Counted from the first letter of the stretch, positions 41,401-49,782 are shown. The stretch is 64,000 nt of DNA from Candidatus Latescibacterota bacterium (GCA_965222605.1 OZ244960.1:3936001-4000000), one strand, 5' to 3'. The notes: generated by a model not told the origin, from the letters alone. Made by a program: numbers and translations.

Positions 41401-43410
41401 GGAGATGACGAAACAGCACTTGAATGGGCAGAAAAAGCCAGTGAAGGTTTACAGCAAACATCGGGTATGTACACGGGCATATTGCCCCTGGTGTATTGTG
41501 GTATTGGCGTTGCTCTGGCTAAGGCAGGGCGGATTGCGGAGGCTGAACAGGCTTTTGAGCAGGCTATTGAATGCCGAAGAGAATCCAAAGGCGATCACTG
41601 GGCGCGTGCATCGCTGATGGCAGGAGAGTTTTATCTCGAGCGCGATGATATGACAAAAGCGCAAGAGTATCTCGAAGCGGCAAAACAGGCGTTTGAAGAA
41701 ATGGAAATGTCCTACTTTCTGAGGAGAACACAGATGTTATTCAGTCAATTATCTCACGACGAAGATGGTCGCGGCAGGGATGCCGTTCCAATGTTCCAAT
41801 CAGGTGAATCTTCTCGCGGTGAGGACTTGCCTGCTATCGTGCAAGCAGGTGCCGCATCTATTTCTGAGATTTCAGTCGATACGTTGTCCGTTGATCGCCT
41901 GCGCTTGCTTTACGAGGTGAGCCGAGAATTGACTACAGAGCGCGATCTCAAGGTGCTATTGGATCGAGTTTTGGGTAATTTGTTGACTGTCTATCCAGCA
42001 GCAGAGCGGGTGCTTGTTGCAATCAAAAATGAGGCTTCGCAAGGCTTTGTAGTTGATGCGATACGTCACCACAATGTAGAAGCAGATGATTTAGAAGAAT
42101 TGAGTGGGGGTATTATTCGTCGGGTTATTGAGACAAATGAACCTGTTTTGAGCATGGATGCCCAGACAGACGACAGGCTCAATTGGTACCAAAGTGTGAT
42201 CGACTACCACATTCGGTCTGTATTGTGTGTGTCCTTATTTCATGTTGAGGAAGGTGTTATCGGTGCATTGTATGTGGATCATCGCGGCATGGACAACGCA
42301 TTTTCTGATGAAGATCAGACGTTTTTACAGGCATTTGCGAATCTGGTGAGTGTGGCACTGGTCAATGCGAGGATGCACGAACAATTGGAAGAGAAAGCAC
42401 AATATTTGCAGCAAGAGGTCGAAAGACGGTACCAGCTTGGCGACCTGTTTGGACAAAGTGATGCAATGCAGATGGTTTACCAGTTTATCGAACGCGCTGC
42501 AAAGAGTGATATCCCCGTGCTTGTACAGGGCGAAACAGGTACGGGCAAAGAATTGGCTGCGCGTGCCATACACTACAATAGCATACGCAAAGACCAGCGA
42601 TTTTTGTCAGAAAATTGTGCTGCACTGTCACCTGAGTTGTTGCAGAGTGAGTTGTTTGGGCACAAAAAAGGCGCGTTTACTGGGGCGAATGAAGATCATA
42701 AGGGGATTTTTGAGGTTGCCAATGGGGGTACGGTTTTTTTAGATGAAATAGGTGATGCCCCGCCGCAGTTGCAAAGGAGTTTGTTGCGGGTGTTGCAAGA
42801 AGGTGAAGTACGGCGTGTGGGAGAAACTGTAGATCGTGCAGTAGATGTGCGCATTATTGCAGCGACCAATCGAGACTTAAAAAAAGAAGTTGAAAACGGT
42901 TCTTTCCGTGAAGATTTGTATTACCGGTTGCATGTGATTCAGATCGATATGCCGCCTTTGCGAGAACACCTTGAAGATGTGCCATTATTGGCAGAACATT
43001 TGCTCATTCGGGCAAAAGAAGAGTCAAACAAGTCGGTTGGAGGGCTGACAGTGGGTGCAATCAGGGCGCTTACAAGTTACGACTGGCCTGGCAATGTGCG
43101 CGAGTTGGAGAATGAGATTCGGCGTGCGGTTGCATTGGCAAAAGAAGAGGGAGATATTACGCCCGATTTGTTTTCAGAAGCTGTCGGGTACGCAGTGCCG
43201 GATGCTTCTGTCGAATACCACTTGCCTGCGCAGGCGGATGCCCGCACGCAAGCAGGAGGGCGTTTACAAGATCGTATGCAGGAGTATGAGAGACGGTTGA
43301 TTCGAGACGCACTTGAGAGATACAAGGGCAATATTACGCATACGGCTAAAGAACTGGGGGTGGCACGCATTAGCTTGTATAGAAAGATCAATCGTTTGGG
43401 GTTGAGGTAG
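38488..43410 (+). CDS. Ser/Thr kinase - AAA (STAND-like) - TPR - GAF - sigma54 activator - Fis HTH multidomain regulator
   Basis: GTGGMGEV/ALK/HRDLKPSN/DLG/MSPEQ; GEAGVGKT; TPRs; GAF (RSVLCV.L..IGALYVD); GETGTGKE, GAFTGA, FLDEIG, WPGNVREL; GNITHTAKELGVARISLYRK. Confidence 0.93.
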   Translation: MFKIGTIFDKRYQIQAHLGTGGMGEVYRVLDLDQDRECALKILNTMVDQKAAHRRFHREFQVLNRLQHPRLVRTHTWGFAEERPYFTMEYLPGKTLEKIIADQALLARFRASHFFALVQQLAEGLAYIHAQGAVHRDLKPSNIMVLETEEGIETTILDLGLAKFRHLHSVSITQTGATIGTAEYMSPEQGKGFWVDHRSDLYSLGVILYEVLTDAPPFSGQNPISVILKHIREIPPSMSEINIAVSEEIQQVVLKLLAKGAVDRYQSAEEVVRALPSGFVPSDDEQRDVPVKVMRPQFVGRESEMKTLHAMLHDVQAGEQRVVLISGEAGVGKTRLVEELLGDALIHDFLCLKGSGQEEGGQIYGALIDAFQRVKTTDLVGRVPDPVETDKFSVMERWLQLLKSLRQKQPIVLCLEDIQWLDELTLEFLQYVLRDPEPCPFLLCLTCRWSNLEPFSEEVENFIHSNEFAEATHIQLENLPQEEVGYLAASMLGERSIPSDALQALFRETGGQPLFVVEAMRTLVNVDVVRQNVSDDWQWGEFPETLLSDDISEVLYRRITALPAVQQRVLEYACVFLGDFSFELLAEIWRGDELELLDVLDDLVAEGLLTTYGDEKERYRFSQSLCRRAIYDRIQNVRRRLLHREIGNALEDTEDAEELTEELADHFAAAEEQDKAVKYMRLSGKKALAIQAYRQGLRRFEAVRDWTTNDAFESQADAIDFLCDYADVLRNCDQPNRALKLLEEAKALLPDDRNDLKARILNREGSIHSVLQHGAIAEEYMLEALRLYRELDDLDGEIQALGGLAYLCDVSGRHEEAIAYMRREIEKYATLGDAQNKAVLQRREGLFALVGFRFKTAKSHLEATVKTAQQLGLEYHQIWALNLLVRVYFYLGDLNRAEAVCYEVIGEWQKRGVIHLEAVNFLYLGELALERGDFAEALEYAEISAERFLETSRKDYVYRAYAISATAAARMGDDETALEWAEKASEGLQQTSGMYTGILPLVYCGIGVALAKAGRIAEAEQAFEQAIECRRESKGDHWARASLMAGEFYLERDDMTKAQEYLEAAKQAFEEMEMSYFLRRTQMLFSQLSHDEDGRGRDAVPMFQSGESSRGEDLPAIVQAGAASISEISVDTLSVDRLRLLYEVSRELTTERDLKVLLDRVLGNLLTVYPAAERVLVAIKNEASQGFVVDAIRHHNVEADDLEELSGGIIRRVIETNEPVLSMDAQTDDRLNWYQSVIDYHIRSVLCVSLFHVEEGVIGALYVDHRGMDNAFSDEDQTFLQAFANLVSVALVNARMHEQLEEKAQYLQQEVERRYQLGDLFGQSDAMQMVYQFIERAAKSDIPVLVQGETGTGKELAARAIHYNSIRKDQRFLSENCAALSPELLQSELFGHKKGAFTGANEDHKGIFEVANGGTVFLDEIGDAPPQLQRSLLRVLQEGEVRRVGETVDRAVDVRIIAATNRDLKKEVENGSFREDLYYRLHVIQIDMPPLREHLEDVPLLAEHLLIRAKEESNKSVGGLTVGAIRALTSYDWPGNVRELENEIRRAVALAKEEGDITPDLFSEAVGYAVPDASVEYHLPAQADARTQAGGRLQDRMQEYERRLIRDALERYKGNITHTAKELGVARISLYRKINRLGLR

Positions 43411-43421
43411 ATGTTGGATTG

Positions 43422-43550
43422 GTGTATCATTTTGTAACAGTGTATCATTGTGTATCATTTGGCTTACAGTCTATTTATTTTTATATAAATCAGTCAGTTA
43501 TGCATATTTTATTTAGATGAACGGTTATAAGTGTATCATATTATATACAC
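43422..43550 (+). promoter_or_regulatory. Candidate upstream activator sequences for the sigma54 activator
   Basis: Four copies of GTGTATCAT (43422, 43440, 43450, 43531), three forming TGT-N11/12-ACA dyads; IHF-like AATCAGTCAGTTA at 43488-43500. Confidence 0.65.
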
Positions 43551-43657
43551 TTATGTCTGAATGTAATATCTGTAATATACATAGTCCTTAAATTTTATCT
43601 CTTTGTTTTTTAAGCACTTGAGTATCTTCAAGTGTTTTTTTGTGCTGGGACGATTTT

Positions 43658-43673
43658 TGGCACGGATCTTGCA
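43658..43673 (+). promoter_or_regulatory. Sigma54 (-24/-12) promoter
   Basis: TGGCACGGATCTTGCA exactly matches TGGCACG-N4-TTGCW, 55 nt before the precursor ATG. Confidence 0.9.
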
Positions 43674-43728
43674 CTATAAAAAGGGCAAACCGTTATGGCG
43701 TAGGTTTTTTCCATTACAGGAGGATAAC

Positions 43729-43890
43729 ATGGCGACGCGACGCAAGTTGAATCTGATCAATGGAACGATAGATGCAGAGGGTGGTATTTGTATGTATCGG
43801 GCGACGAACAGTTTTGAAATTGGTTGTGAACCCGGTTGGCCATCTGTTCCTCCCCTTCCCTTTCCCGATGATGATGACGATGATTTTTAG
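43729..43890 (+). CDS. Putative RiPP precursor peptide 1 (53 aa)
   Basis: AGGAGG RBS; MATRRKLNLINGTIDAEGGICMYRATNSFEIGCEPGWPSVPPLPFPDDDDDDF; first gene after the sigma54 promoter, upstream of the rSAM/SPASM gene. Confidence 0.75.
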   Translation: MATRRKLNLINGTIDAEGGICMYRATNSFEIGCEPGWPSVPPLPFPDDDDDDF

Positions 43891-43901
43891 TGAGGTGACT
43901 T

Positions 43902-44060
43902 ATGTCTGTCCAGACACTTATAAAAAAACGTGATCATTTGGCCTATCTCTCCCTACTCTATGCCATTTGGGGTAATGAAGTTCGATCTGAAGCCTTACGC
44001 ACGATGATGCATAGAATGAGCCAGAGTATAGAACAGCAATCACAGGCAACTATTGTGTAA
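43902..44060 (+). CDS. Small 52-aa hypothetical protein absent from the ORF track
   Basis: GAGGTG RBS; MSVQTLIKKRDHLAYLSLLYAIWGNEVRSEALRTMMHRMSQSIEQQSQATIV, translated by hand. Confidence 0.55.
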   Translation: MSVQTLIKKRDHLAYLSLLYAIWGNEVRSEALRTMMHRMSQSIEQQSQATIV

Positions 44061-44065
44061 ATACG

Positions 44066-44156
44066 ACTCTGCAAAACCTTGTCCCCGGACCACATCACAC
44101 AATTTTTGCGCGTTAATCGCATATCTTTGGGTTGCCAGTACAGGGTTTTGCAGAGT
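44066..44156 (+). promoter_or_regulatory. Long stem-loop between the precursor genes and the maturase
   Basis: ACTCTGCAAAACCTTGT (44066-82) pairs with ACAGGGTTTTGCAGAGT (44140-56), one G.U pair. Confidence 0.6.
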
Positions 44157-44194
44157 TCTTTGTCGTCTTTCGTCTTATTGAGAGGGGACTTACC

Positions 44195-45631
44195 ATGATG
44201 TGTATCCACAAATGCGAAATGCATCTTTTTCAAATAGAAGAGCAAAAACAGCCTATTGTCTATCAGGTTGAGACGGGTCTGTTCTATGAATTGGATACCC
44301 TTTTTCAGGCGATTTTAGCGTGTTGCGAGGGGTTGTCTGTTTCGCAGGTTGTTCAGGTGCTGGCTGATCAATACGAGGCAGAGGAAATTGTCGAGGCTAT
44401 TGAGGAATTGGCTCAGGTGGGTTTGATTTCGGATGGTGCTCTACCTGTGGTAGCCAATGTGCCGACAACAGAAGGGGTGGCAGCCTGTGGGGCATCGCAG
44501 ACAGATCGTTTGCAGGTGTCCTTGCACGTTTCCCATACGTGCAATATTCAGTGTGCTTATTGCTTTGCCCATGGCGGGGATTACGGCGGTAAGGCGATGC
44601 TGATGCAATTAGATGTTGCCGAGCAAGCCATACGCTGGATTGTCGCCGAAGCGCAGGTGTTCGGACGGTGCCAGATTGATTTTTTTGGCGGGGAGCCGCT
44701 TTTGAATTTTCCATTGCTGAGCGAGCTTGTCCCGTTTGCCAGGTCCCTGGGAGCGCGGTTGGGTGTGCAGGTTGGTTTTGGCATTGTGACCAATGGCACG
44801 TTGTTGACCGACGAGATGAAGCAGTTTTTGGTTGATGAAAATTTTCAAATTAAGGTCAGCCTGGATGGTGGGCGTAAAACGCAGGATCGCATTCGCAAGT
44901 TTCACAATGGTTCTGGTACTTATGATGTTGTGGCAAAAAATGTACAGAAACTGACGGATGAGGTACCTGAGCGCGTGTTTTTGCAGGCTGTTATGACAGC
45001 TTATGATATGGATGAGGATCAGATTGCCAATGAGTTGCGTTCCTTGGGTACTGATAACGCGCTTGTTGGTCCGGCGGTTGTTTCACCGGATGCGCCTTAT
45101 GCTATTCGAGAAGAACATATACCCGCGTTGAAACAACAGATTTACAAGCGGAGTAGGCGTGCGCTCAAAGCCATTTTAAGTGGTGAAAAGGGTGAAGATG
45201 AAGAGTTTGATCCGAGGATTCAAAAACTTTTGACGCGCAAAAAATCCTGTCACGGGTGTCTCGGTGGCAAGCAGTATTTGGCGATTGCAGCAGATGGGTC
45301 GATTTATTTTTGCTCGAGTTTAGCCGATGCGCCCGAGTTTAAGATGGGTGATGTGTTTGCGGGTATTGACCGCGAAAAACAGCATCATTTTGATGTGGAG
45401 TTCAATGTGAATAATCGCCCTGAGTGCAAAACGTGCTGGGCACGCAACTTATGTGGTGGCGGATGTCTTTGGGAGGCACGGACAACAACGGATGATCCAA
45501 TGTCTCCGAACCCGGTTTATTGTGAGCAGACGCGCTATCGCTATGAATTGGCGATGGAAATGTGTATGGAAATAGCAGAGACGGATGAGTCTTTGTTGCA
45601 GCGACGTTATGATCTGGAAGTGGCCTCATAA
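44195..45631 (+). CDS. Radical SAM/SPASM peptide maturase with an N-terminal RRE-like domain (ranthipeptide-synthase-like)
   Basis: CNIQCAYC, FFGGEPLLN, VTNGTLL, VSLDG; SPASM CHGC..GSIYFC..CKTCWARNLCGGGC..C; N-terminus ends in a winged-helix-like AIEELAQVGLI. Confidence 0.88.
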   Translation: MMCIHKCEMHLFQIEEQKQPIVYQVETGLFYELDTLFQAILACCEGLSVSQVVQVLADQYEAEEIVEAIEELAQVGLISDGALPVVANVPTTEGVAACGASQTDRLQVSLHVSHTCNIQCAYCFAHGGDYGGKAMLMQLDVAEQAIRWIVAEAQVFGRCQIDFFGGEPLLNFPLLSELVPFARSLGARLGVQVGFGIVTNGTLLTDEMKQFLVDENFQIKVSLDGGRKTQDRIRKFHNGSGTYDVVAKNVQKLTDEVPERVFLQAVMTAYDMDEDQIANELRSLGTDNALVGPAVVSPDAPYAIREEHIPALKQQIYKRSRRALKAILSGEKGEDEEFDPRIQKLLTRKKSCHGCLGGKQYLAIAADGSIYFCSSLADAPEFKMGDVFAGIDREKQHHFDVEFNVNNRPECKTCWARNLCGGGCLWEARTTTDDPMSPNPVYCEQTRYRYELAMEMCMEIAETDESLLQRRYDLEVAS

Positions 45632-45651
45632 ACCAAAAGGGAAAAAGAAAG

Positions 45652-45885
45652 ATGGCCTGTAGAATTGGCTTGACGATAGATCCCGACAGCCGGAGGCGAT
45701 ATTGGCGATCCAGGTATCGTTCCTTCAGAAACTGGAGGACTGTGGGGCATTATAATTCTAAGAGGCAAGCCCAGCAAGAAGTGACTCGACTCGCTAAAAT
45801 TTGGGGGTGTGAAGCTCCTCCTGATGGCGTAGGACCAGAACAGGCCTCCTGGTATGTGTATGTTTTTGCACATGACGGCTATTAA
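45652..45885 (+). CDS. Small basic protein, minimal GIY-YIG-like motif
   Basis: RIGLT.DP.SRR, AQQE..L, C-terminal YVY; in operon position. Confidence 0.5.
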   Translation: MACRIGLTIDPDSRRRYWRSRYRSFRNWRTVGHYNSKRQAQQEVTRLAKIWGCEAPPDGVGPEQASWYVYVFAHDGY

Positions 45886-45902
45886 ATCAAGAGAAGGAAA
45901 TA

Positions 45903-46796
45903 ATGCATAAAATTTCAGACCTCAAAATGCCGGATCGGCTTAATCTGGACACTGGCTGGAGCATTGGTGAGACAGCGTTTGAGAGAATTACAACGGCGCT
46001 TCTTGAGATGTCTCCGGTAGAAAGAATTCTCGAATTTGGAAGTGGTCCGAGTTCTATCCGTCTGGCAATGGCGTTTTCTGAAGCGCAAGTTTTATCTGTG
46101 GAAGGCGATTGGCGAAATTTTGCAGAGACTACGGATTTGATGCATAAGTTTTTGGATAAACGCAATCTATCGATCAAATATCGTCCGATTACGCTTGAAT
46201 CTTATGGAGATGCCAGCTTTTTGACTTATGAAGATGGGATGTTTTGGGAGGAAGAGATGGATTGTGTGATTATTGATGGTCCGCCTGTCTATAGCTTGCG
46301 AGGTCGAGAGGCGTGTCTCTACCAGGTTTATGATCAGATCAAGATTGGTGGTCTGGTCATTCTGGACGATTTCAGAAGGTCTTATGAGAAGCAAATTGTC
46401 GAGAACTGGCTGTCCGTCTATCCCGGCAGTTTTGCAGTGGAAATTATCCGCGAAGACCACCATCTGGCCGTGCTGCGTAAGATCAAATCCGTGACACCAT
46501 GTTGGGATGCGTCTTCCAGACTATTAGATGTTCAGTCTGTCAGTAAAACTCGCTCCCGAATAACAAAGGCATTATCGCATGTTGATGATGTGTATTTGAG
46601 AGCGCTAACTAAAGCTACTAACAGTGAAACAGACCTGATTGGTCTGTTCAATACCCTTCGGAATATCTATGGGGTGACGCCTGAGTTTATCCAGGAGTTC
46701 ACGAGCCGAGATTCTACACTCACACCAGATGCTCTAAAAAGAAAACAGAATGCCTGTTATATGACAATCGTCAATACGTTTTTTCGGAACTGTTAA
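45903..46796 (+). CDS. Class I SAM-dependent methyltransferase
   Basis: ILEFGSGPSS, LSVE.D, VIIDGPP, GGLVILDD. Confidence 0.85.
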   Translation: MHKISDLKMPDRLNLDTGWSIGETAFERITTALLEMSPVERILEFGSGPSSIRLAMAFSEAQVLSVEGDWRNFAETTDLMHKFLDKRNLSIKYRPITLESYGDASFLTYEDGMFWEEEMDCVIIDGPPVYSLRGREACLYQVYDQIKIGGLVILDDFRRSYEKQIVENWLSVYPGSFAVEIIREDHHLAVLRKIKSVTPCWDASSRLLDVQSVSKTRSRITKALSHVDDVYLRALTKATNSETDLIGLFNTLRNIYGVTPEFIQEFTSRDSTLTPDALKRKQNACYMTIVNTFFRNC

Positions 46797-46831
46797 TAGA
46801 ACTTGGACAGAAATCACTTGACTAATTTGGG

Positions 46832-47833
46832 ATGCTACCTTTGAAGATTCTCTTTGATATTCTCCACATCGCACATCTTAATTTTTTCAAGTCAGCCATC
46901 GAATCGTTGAAGGCTAGACACGATGTGTCGGCTGTTGTCAGGCAAAGAGGTAACCTTGTTGCCATAGCGGAGTCAGACCTCCCTTGTTCCTTTCGTGTAA
47001 TGGGCGCTCATAGAACTGGTGTTAGAAAGATGGTTGGGGTATGGGAAAGGGTCGTTGATCTCAAGAAGATAGTATGCGAAATGGAGACAGACGTCTTGGC
47101 GAGTTGTGGATTCTATTCGGGCATAGTTTCGCGATTTTGTCGCGTACGGTCTGTGATTTTTTATGACGACTTCGAATACAAGCTAAATTTTTGGCCGTGT
47201 CTTTTATTTTCTCATCAACTTGTCTTACCTGAAGCACTCGGAGTGGAAGGCAGAAACATCATTCAATACAACGGGTTCAAAGAGTTGGCTTACTTGAACC
47301 GATTTGTCCCGCAACCGAAGATTTTAGGTGAGTATGGAGTTCAGCCAGGAGAGTATGTTTTCGTCAGGTATGTTGCACCTATCAGCATGAACTATCGACG
47401 CTTGGGTCAGGAAGAAGTTACGCAAGCGACTAATGCGATTTTAAATACTGGAATGATCATCATAGCCTCCCTTGAACGGGGAATAAATCTTGAGTTCGAA
47501 CACCCCAATTTCCGAAAGGTTGTTGAACCTTGTCCCAGTATCCATTCCCTAATTTACTATTCAGCCCTGGTGGTAACGACTGGAGATACTGTTGCAAGGG
47601 AAGGGGCTCTCTTAGGGGTACCTACTATCTATCTTGGAAGAAGGGAAATGCGCATAAACCGAGAATTAGTCGAGAGTGGACAATTAATAATCCCTGATCC
47701 TGGCGAGGTGACTAAAGAAATATTGGCAAATCTCAGCAATAGAGTTTCGCGAGTCAAACCTGAAAATAAAAAGTGGGAAGACACAACGGAGGTCATAGTC
47801 TCTTGTATTGAGCAACAGAAATTCATCAAGTAG
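46832..47833 (+). CDS. DUF354-like GT-B fold protein
   Basis: ILFDI.H.AHLNFFK, FYDD.E, YNGFKELAYL..F.P, GDTVAREGALLGVPTIY. Confidence 0.8.
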   Translation: MLPLKILFDILHIAHLNFFKSAIESLKARHDVSAVVRQRGNLVAIAESDLPCSFRVMGAHRTGVRKMVGVWERVVDLKKIVCEMETDVLASCGFYSGIVSRFCRVRSVIFYDDFEYKLNFWPCLLFSHQLVLPEALGVEGRNIIQYNGFKELAYLNRFVPQPKILGEYGVQPGEYVFVRYVAPISMNYRRLGQEEVTQATNAILNTGMIIIASLERGINLEFEHPNFRKVVEPCPSIHSLIYYSALVVTTGDTVAREGALLGVPTIYLGRREMRINRELVESGQLIIPDPGEVTKEILANLSNRVSRVKPENKKWEDTTEVIVSCIEQQKFIK

Positions 47834-47973
47834 TTCTGTCCGATATCAGATGATATTGGGTTGTCCGGCAAATGGTAATTCAATCTGGTAAATATAGATT
47901 TGATGCTATTAAAAATATTGGGAATCAATCAGGATTAGGGTCAGTGTAGATATATGGAAGGTAAGGGTGCAGG

Positions 47974-49344
47974 ATGAAAATTTGTGTAGTTGGTTTGGGC
48001 CATGTTGGCACTGTGAACATTGCCTACTTGCTTGAACGAGGTCATATCGTCACAGGCTTGGATGTCTCCCAGGAAAGAATCCGCCATCTTTTTGCCGGTG
48101 AACCTGAACCAGAACCCCGCGTAAGCGACCTGCTAAGTTCAGCACTTAGAAGTGGGAGGCTCCAGCTTTCGACTGACTACTTCAAAGCTGTCGAGGAGGC
48201 GAGTGTAGCGATCATCTGTGTAGGTACGCCGCAAGGGGAGAAAGACGGAATACCAAATCTGAGTTTTCTTTATCAGGCCGTAACGTCACTGGTTGAGATA
48301 GTCAACAAGAAAAAAGGCACGTTCGACGTAGTTCTGCGCAGCACTGTTCCGCCCGGGACGACGCGTAATATCGTCTCTGGAGCCTTCGGGAATTTTGGCA
48401 ATGTCTGGTATTACCCGGAGTTCTTGAGAGAAGGAAGCGCAATTGAGGACATGAATGATCCCCCGATACGGATCGTTGGTGCTCCAAAGACTGGTTATTG
48501 TCAGCGCGTGTTAGATATTTACGGTGAGACTGGGCCAGTGTACATTACCGAATACGAAATAGCTGAAATGGTGAAGTATGTATGCAATGCTTTTCATGCC
48601 ATGAAGGTTACTTTCACGAATGAGATATCGAATGTTTGCAGATATCTCGGGATAGACAGCAATAGAGTAATGGAGGTAGTGTGCTCAGACAACAAGCTCA
48701 ATATGTCAAAAGCCTACATGAGGCCGGGATTCGCATTCGGAGGATCCTGTCTCCCGAAGGATCTTACAGCACTCCTGCGGCTATCGAACGGACGACAAGA
48801 ACCCGAATTGCCTCTGCTGACCAATATCATTGTCAGTAATGATCTTCATATCAGATCCACGGTAAGGAGGGTAAGGTCACTTGCCGTTCGAGGAACATTG
48901 GGTATGTTGGGTTTGAGTTTTAAGCCCAATACAGGCGACTTGAGGGATAGTCCGTTCGTAAAACTCGGAAACATGCTCATCTCAGAAGGGTACCAGGTAA
49001 TCGCATATGACCCTTCAGTAGAGTTAGGTCTCCTGGATGTAGGGCAGACTTATATTCAAAGCGATGCCAGAAAGATCTGGCAGGGACAATTGGCCAAATC
49101 CCTCAATTCGCTATGTGAGTGTTCTCTACTTTTGATCGCACATCCCATTTCTTCATTTCATACACCGATTTTACCCATCTTGAAGGGCAAGCATGTTCTT
49201 GATTTGTGCAACGATCCTTTGCGAGAGCAAATCGCTGCTATTGCTGACTATGAAGGTGTGGGCTGGGAATCCCGTTCAGGATGTGTTCGGAATGTAAGCT
49301 TGGCAAAGGCTGAAGAAGCGTTAAAGAACACGTCATATTCATAA
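47974..49344 (+). CDS. UDP-glucose/GDP-mannose 6-dehydrogenase family
   Basis: VVGLGHVG, ICVGTP, RSTVPPGTT, PEFLREG, KY.CNAFHA.K, PGFAFGGSCLPKD, GLSFKPNT.DLR.SP. Confidence 0.95.
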   Translation: MKICVVGLGHVGTVNIAYLLERGHIVTGLDVSQERIRHLFAGEPEPEPRVSDLLSSALRSGRLQLSTDYFKAVEEASVAIICVGTPQGEKDGIPNLSFLYQAVTSLVEIVNKKKGTFDVVLRSTVPPGTTRNIVSGAFGNFGNVWYYPEFLREGSAIEDMNDPPIRIVGAPKTGYCQRVLDIYGETGPVYITEYEIAEMVKYVCNAFHAMKVTFTNEISNVCRYLGIDSNRVMEVVCSDNKLNMSKAYMRPGFAFGGSCLPKDLTALLRLSNGRQEPELPLLTNIIVSNDLHIRSTVRRVRSLAVRGTLGMLGLSFKPNTGDLRDSPFVKLGNMLISEGYQVIAYDPSVELGLLDVGQTYIQSDARKIWQGQLAKSLNSLCECSLLLIAHPISSFHTPILPILKGKHVLDLCNDPLREQIAAIADYEGVGWESRSGCVRNVSLAKAEEALKNTSYS

Positions 49345-49426
49345 AAAAGCCGCCGACAGACCCTGGCAAGTCGAGTGTCGGCGGCAGACTGCAGTTCAAA
49401 GCTCAAGCATTTGGGAATGTGAGCTT
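49343..49426 (-). ncRNA. Candidate structured small RNA / modular repeat, copy 1
   Basis: Minus-strand TTGACA (49462-49457)-N18-TATCTT (49438-49433), then hairpin AAGCTCA..TGAGCTT, then GC stem GCCGCCGACA..TGTCGGCGGC with a T-tract; repeated at 56886 and 59897. Confidence 0.55.
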
Positions 49427-49488
49427 GATAGTAAGATATCTTTTGAGGGGCAGGTTGTCAACCATCGTGCAATCGGATATAAAAATTT

Positions 49489-49782
49489 ATGGCAAAAAAC
49501 ACAATAACAATACCTGAGATTGAGAATCAGATTCAAGATTTGGTCCTGAAGGCATTAGATCATGAAGTCACATCTGATAATATAGATTGGAGCGATCTTC
49601 TTTTGATTTCTATACTTGATTCTGTCTCTATCATGGCCCTGGTGACAGGCTTAGAGGATACATTTGACGTGGTCGTAGAGGACGAAGAACTCACAGAAGA
49701 AATGCTAACTTCGACACGTTCGGTAGCGAAGTATATATATGAAAAATTAGCCACTGATGCACATTCGCTCGCTCTCGAATAG
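49489..49782 (+). CDS. Acyl carrier protein
   Basis: Acidic, about 97 aa, ILDSVSIMALV..LEDTFDVVVEDEEL with the phosphopantetheine Ser in the DS motif. Confidence 0.85.
   Translation: MAKNTITIPEIENQIQDLVLKALDHEVTSDNIDWSDLLLISILDSVSIMALVTGLEDTFDVVVEDEELTEEMLTSTRSVAKYIYEKLATDAHSLALE

Noticed and set aside
43603-43728. N-terminal extension of precursor 1 given by the ORF track
   Set aside because: Overlaps the sigma54 promoter and lacks an RBS; AGGAGG precedes the ATG at 43729.
49343-49426. Known riboswitch or tRNA identity for the modular repeat
   Set aside because: No cloverleaf and no riboswitch consensus that I can recognise; left as an unclassified element pending an Rfam search.
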